Assembly: GCF_006345805.1 (NCBI RefSeq)
Contig: NC_042997.1
Location: 102,486,001 to 102,550,000 of the forward strand
DNA length: 64,000 nt
Source: Octopus sinensis
Taxonomy: Eukaryota
Direction of reading: 5' to 3'
Numbering within the stretch: the first letter of the stretch is position 1; the number at the start of each line of letters is the position of its first letter. The notes under the pieces are model-generated. The model saw only the letters and a list, made by a program, of their open reading frames with translations. It was not told the origin of the DNA and searched no databases. This document shows, one piece after another, positions 62,571 to 64,000 of the stretch. A program made the position numbers and the translations under genes.

Positions 62571-64000
62571 ATCTATCATATATATATATATATATATAAT
62601 ATATATATATAAGCACATACCATTTAATACCTGTGTTACATGCTGGCATGGGTTGGATGGTTTGACAGGATCCTATGAGTCCAGTGACTGTATCATGCTC
62701 TAATGTCTGCTTTGATATGGTTTCTATGGTTGATTGCCCTTCCTAATGCCAACCACTTTACAGTGTGTATTGGCTGCTTTTTTCATGGCATACAGCACTG
62801 ATATATGTTTTTAAATACACAAAAGACAAATAAACTGAAAAACCATTCAATACCTAAAGATAGAGCATGGGTTAATTTTTACACAAGGAAAATATTGTGA
62901 CAGTGACTTCAAAATGTTGCTAGTTGTCATCCTTGTCAGATTACAAAATGGCATATACATATTTTAAGTTTACCTCTAGATTTTCTGTAGAATTCAGAGC
63001 CAGTACTAAGTTATGACATTTCATAAATAAGTATGTTTATGTAAACAATATAATTAAAAATAGAAAAATAGGGAATGGATGTATATGCCTTTTTCAAGGA
63101 TTATTGTTCTTTTCATTCAACATGTCAATCAGTCATGAAGCCATATTTTAAAAGTGTTGTGCTTTTAGTTGATTGTCAGTAATTATACTGACAGTCAACT
63201 GAAAGCACAACATTTTCAGAAACCCTTTCCTACTGGGGCTGGTTCCTTAGGCTTTAATGTCTATAATTCAATCTGCAAAATGAGTCTGTTTCTGTCTGGG
63301 TGTTGTAGCAGTCACTATTTGACTTTAGCTGGTTACTGACAGATCCAGGACGAATGATATGGACCACCCACCACATATGTATGTTTGTGTATGTGAGATT
63401 ATCAGAGGTTTTGAAGCATAGTACTTGTGACTATGTAATCACAATTTTGAAAGAAACTATTTGTAATGATGCCCCATTGAAGTATGTTTTCATGGTCACT
63501 GTAGATTCAGTGTATATCTGGCATAAGATGAATGTTGCCAGTGTATTGAAAATTAAAGAGTAGTGAAGGGTGGTAACATCTACATAAAAGTGTGGATTGT
63601 TAGAAATGACAACATGTATTTTTAGTGTACAAAATAAAAAAAAAAACCCAGAAACCAAACAAGCAAAAATTGGGTGGCCTTCCATCTTGTCATGTAGTAA
63701 ACATGACAAAATGGAAGGCTTGGGGTGATTTTTGCACTTAGTGATCATTTAAATGTGGAAGTGAGACTAATGGAGTTGGAAGTGATTGTAAAAGGTTTTT
63801 CAAGAGAAGTACTGCTTACAGGGTCATTTTGTTTATGATTTACCAGCAAGCAAGACAAAAAAATTCTGTCCCAGATATATTGTTTTGTTTCTTTTTTTCT
63901 TTGCATGTGTGTATTTTTTATGTGTCCTTACTAGCAGTTTTTTGAAAGGCTGATTTGAAAAACTGGGGTTCTTATATCGTTGTAAAGTACTGCCAGAAGA

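Overview
This is eukaryotic, AT-rich, repeat-dense DNA. The SINE, RTE and MITE landscape looks like a coleoid cephalopod, probably Octopus (inference). The main gene is a multi-exon, plus-strand CEP89/CCDC123 orthologue (centriolar distal-appendage protein) that the ORF track mostly misses. I assembled 17 coding exons by hand from 19097 to 51769, all with AG/GT boundaries and consistent phases (1830 nt including the stop). There is also a tentative 24-nt first coding exon at 12277 and an RFX X-box at 11394. The rest is transposable elements: a minus-strand Ty3/gypsy relic carrying a nested, internally deleted gypsy (GATG target duplication), a second RT-less gypsy inside a CEP89 intron, a decayed mariner, a near-complete CR1 ORF2, RTE LINEs, three tRNA-derived SINE families, TTAA-flanked piggyBac-like MITEs and microsatellites. 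Putative promoter/first-exon regions lie near 5.0-5.4 kb (minus) and 57.0-57.6 kb (plus). I found no CRISPR, rRNA or true tRNA gene, and no clearly new multi-gene system. The best leads are structural: inverted near-identical repeats around CEP89 exons (dsRNA, editing or circRNA potential), several fold-back hairpins, two miRNA-like hairpins and a degenerate Penelope-type hammerhead. Repeat boundaries are approximate unless a TSD or TIR is quoted.
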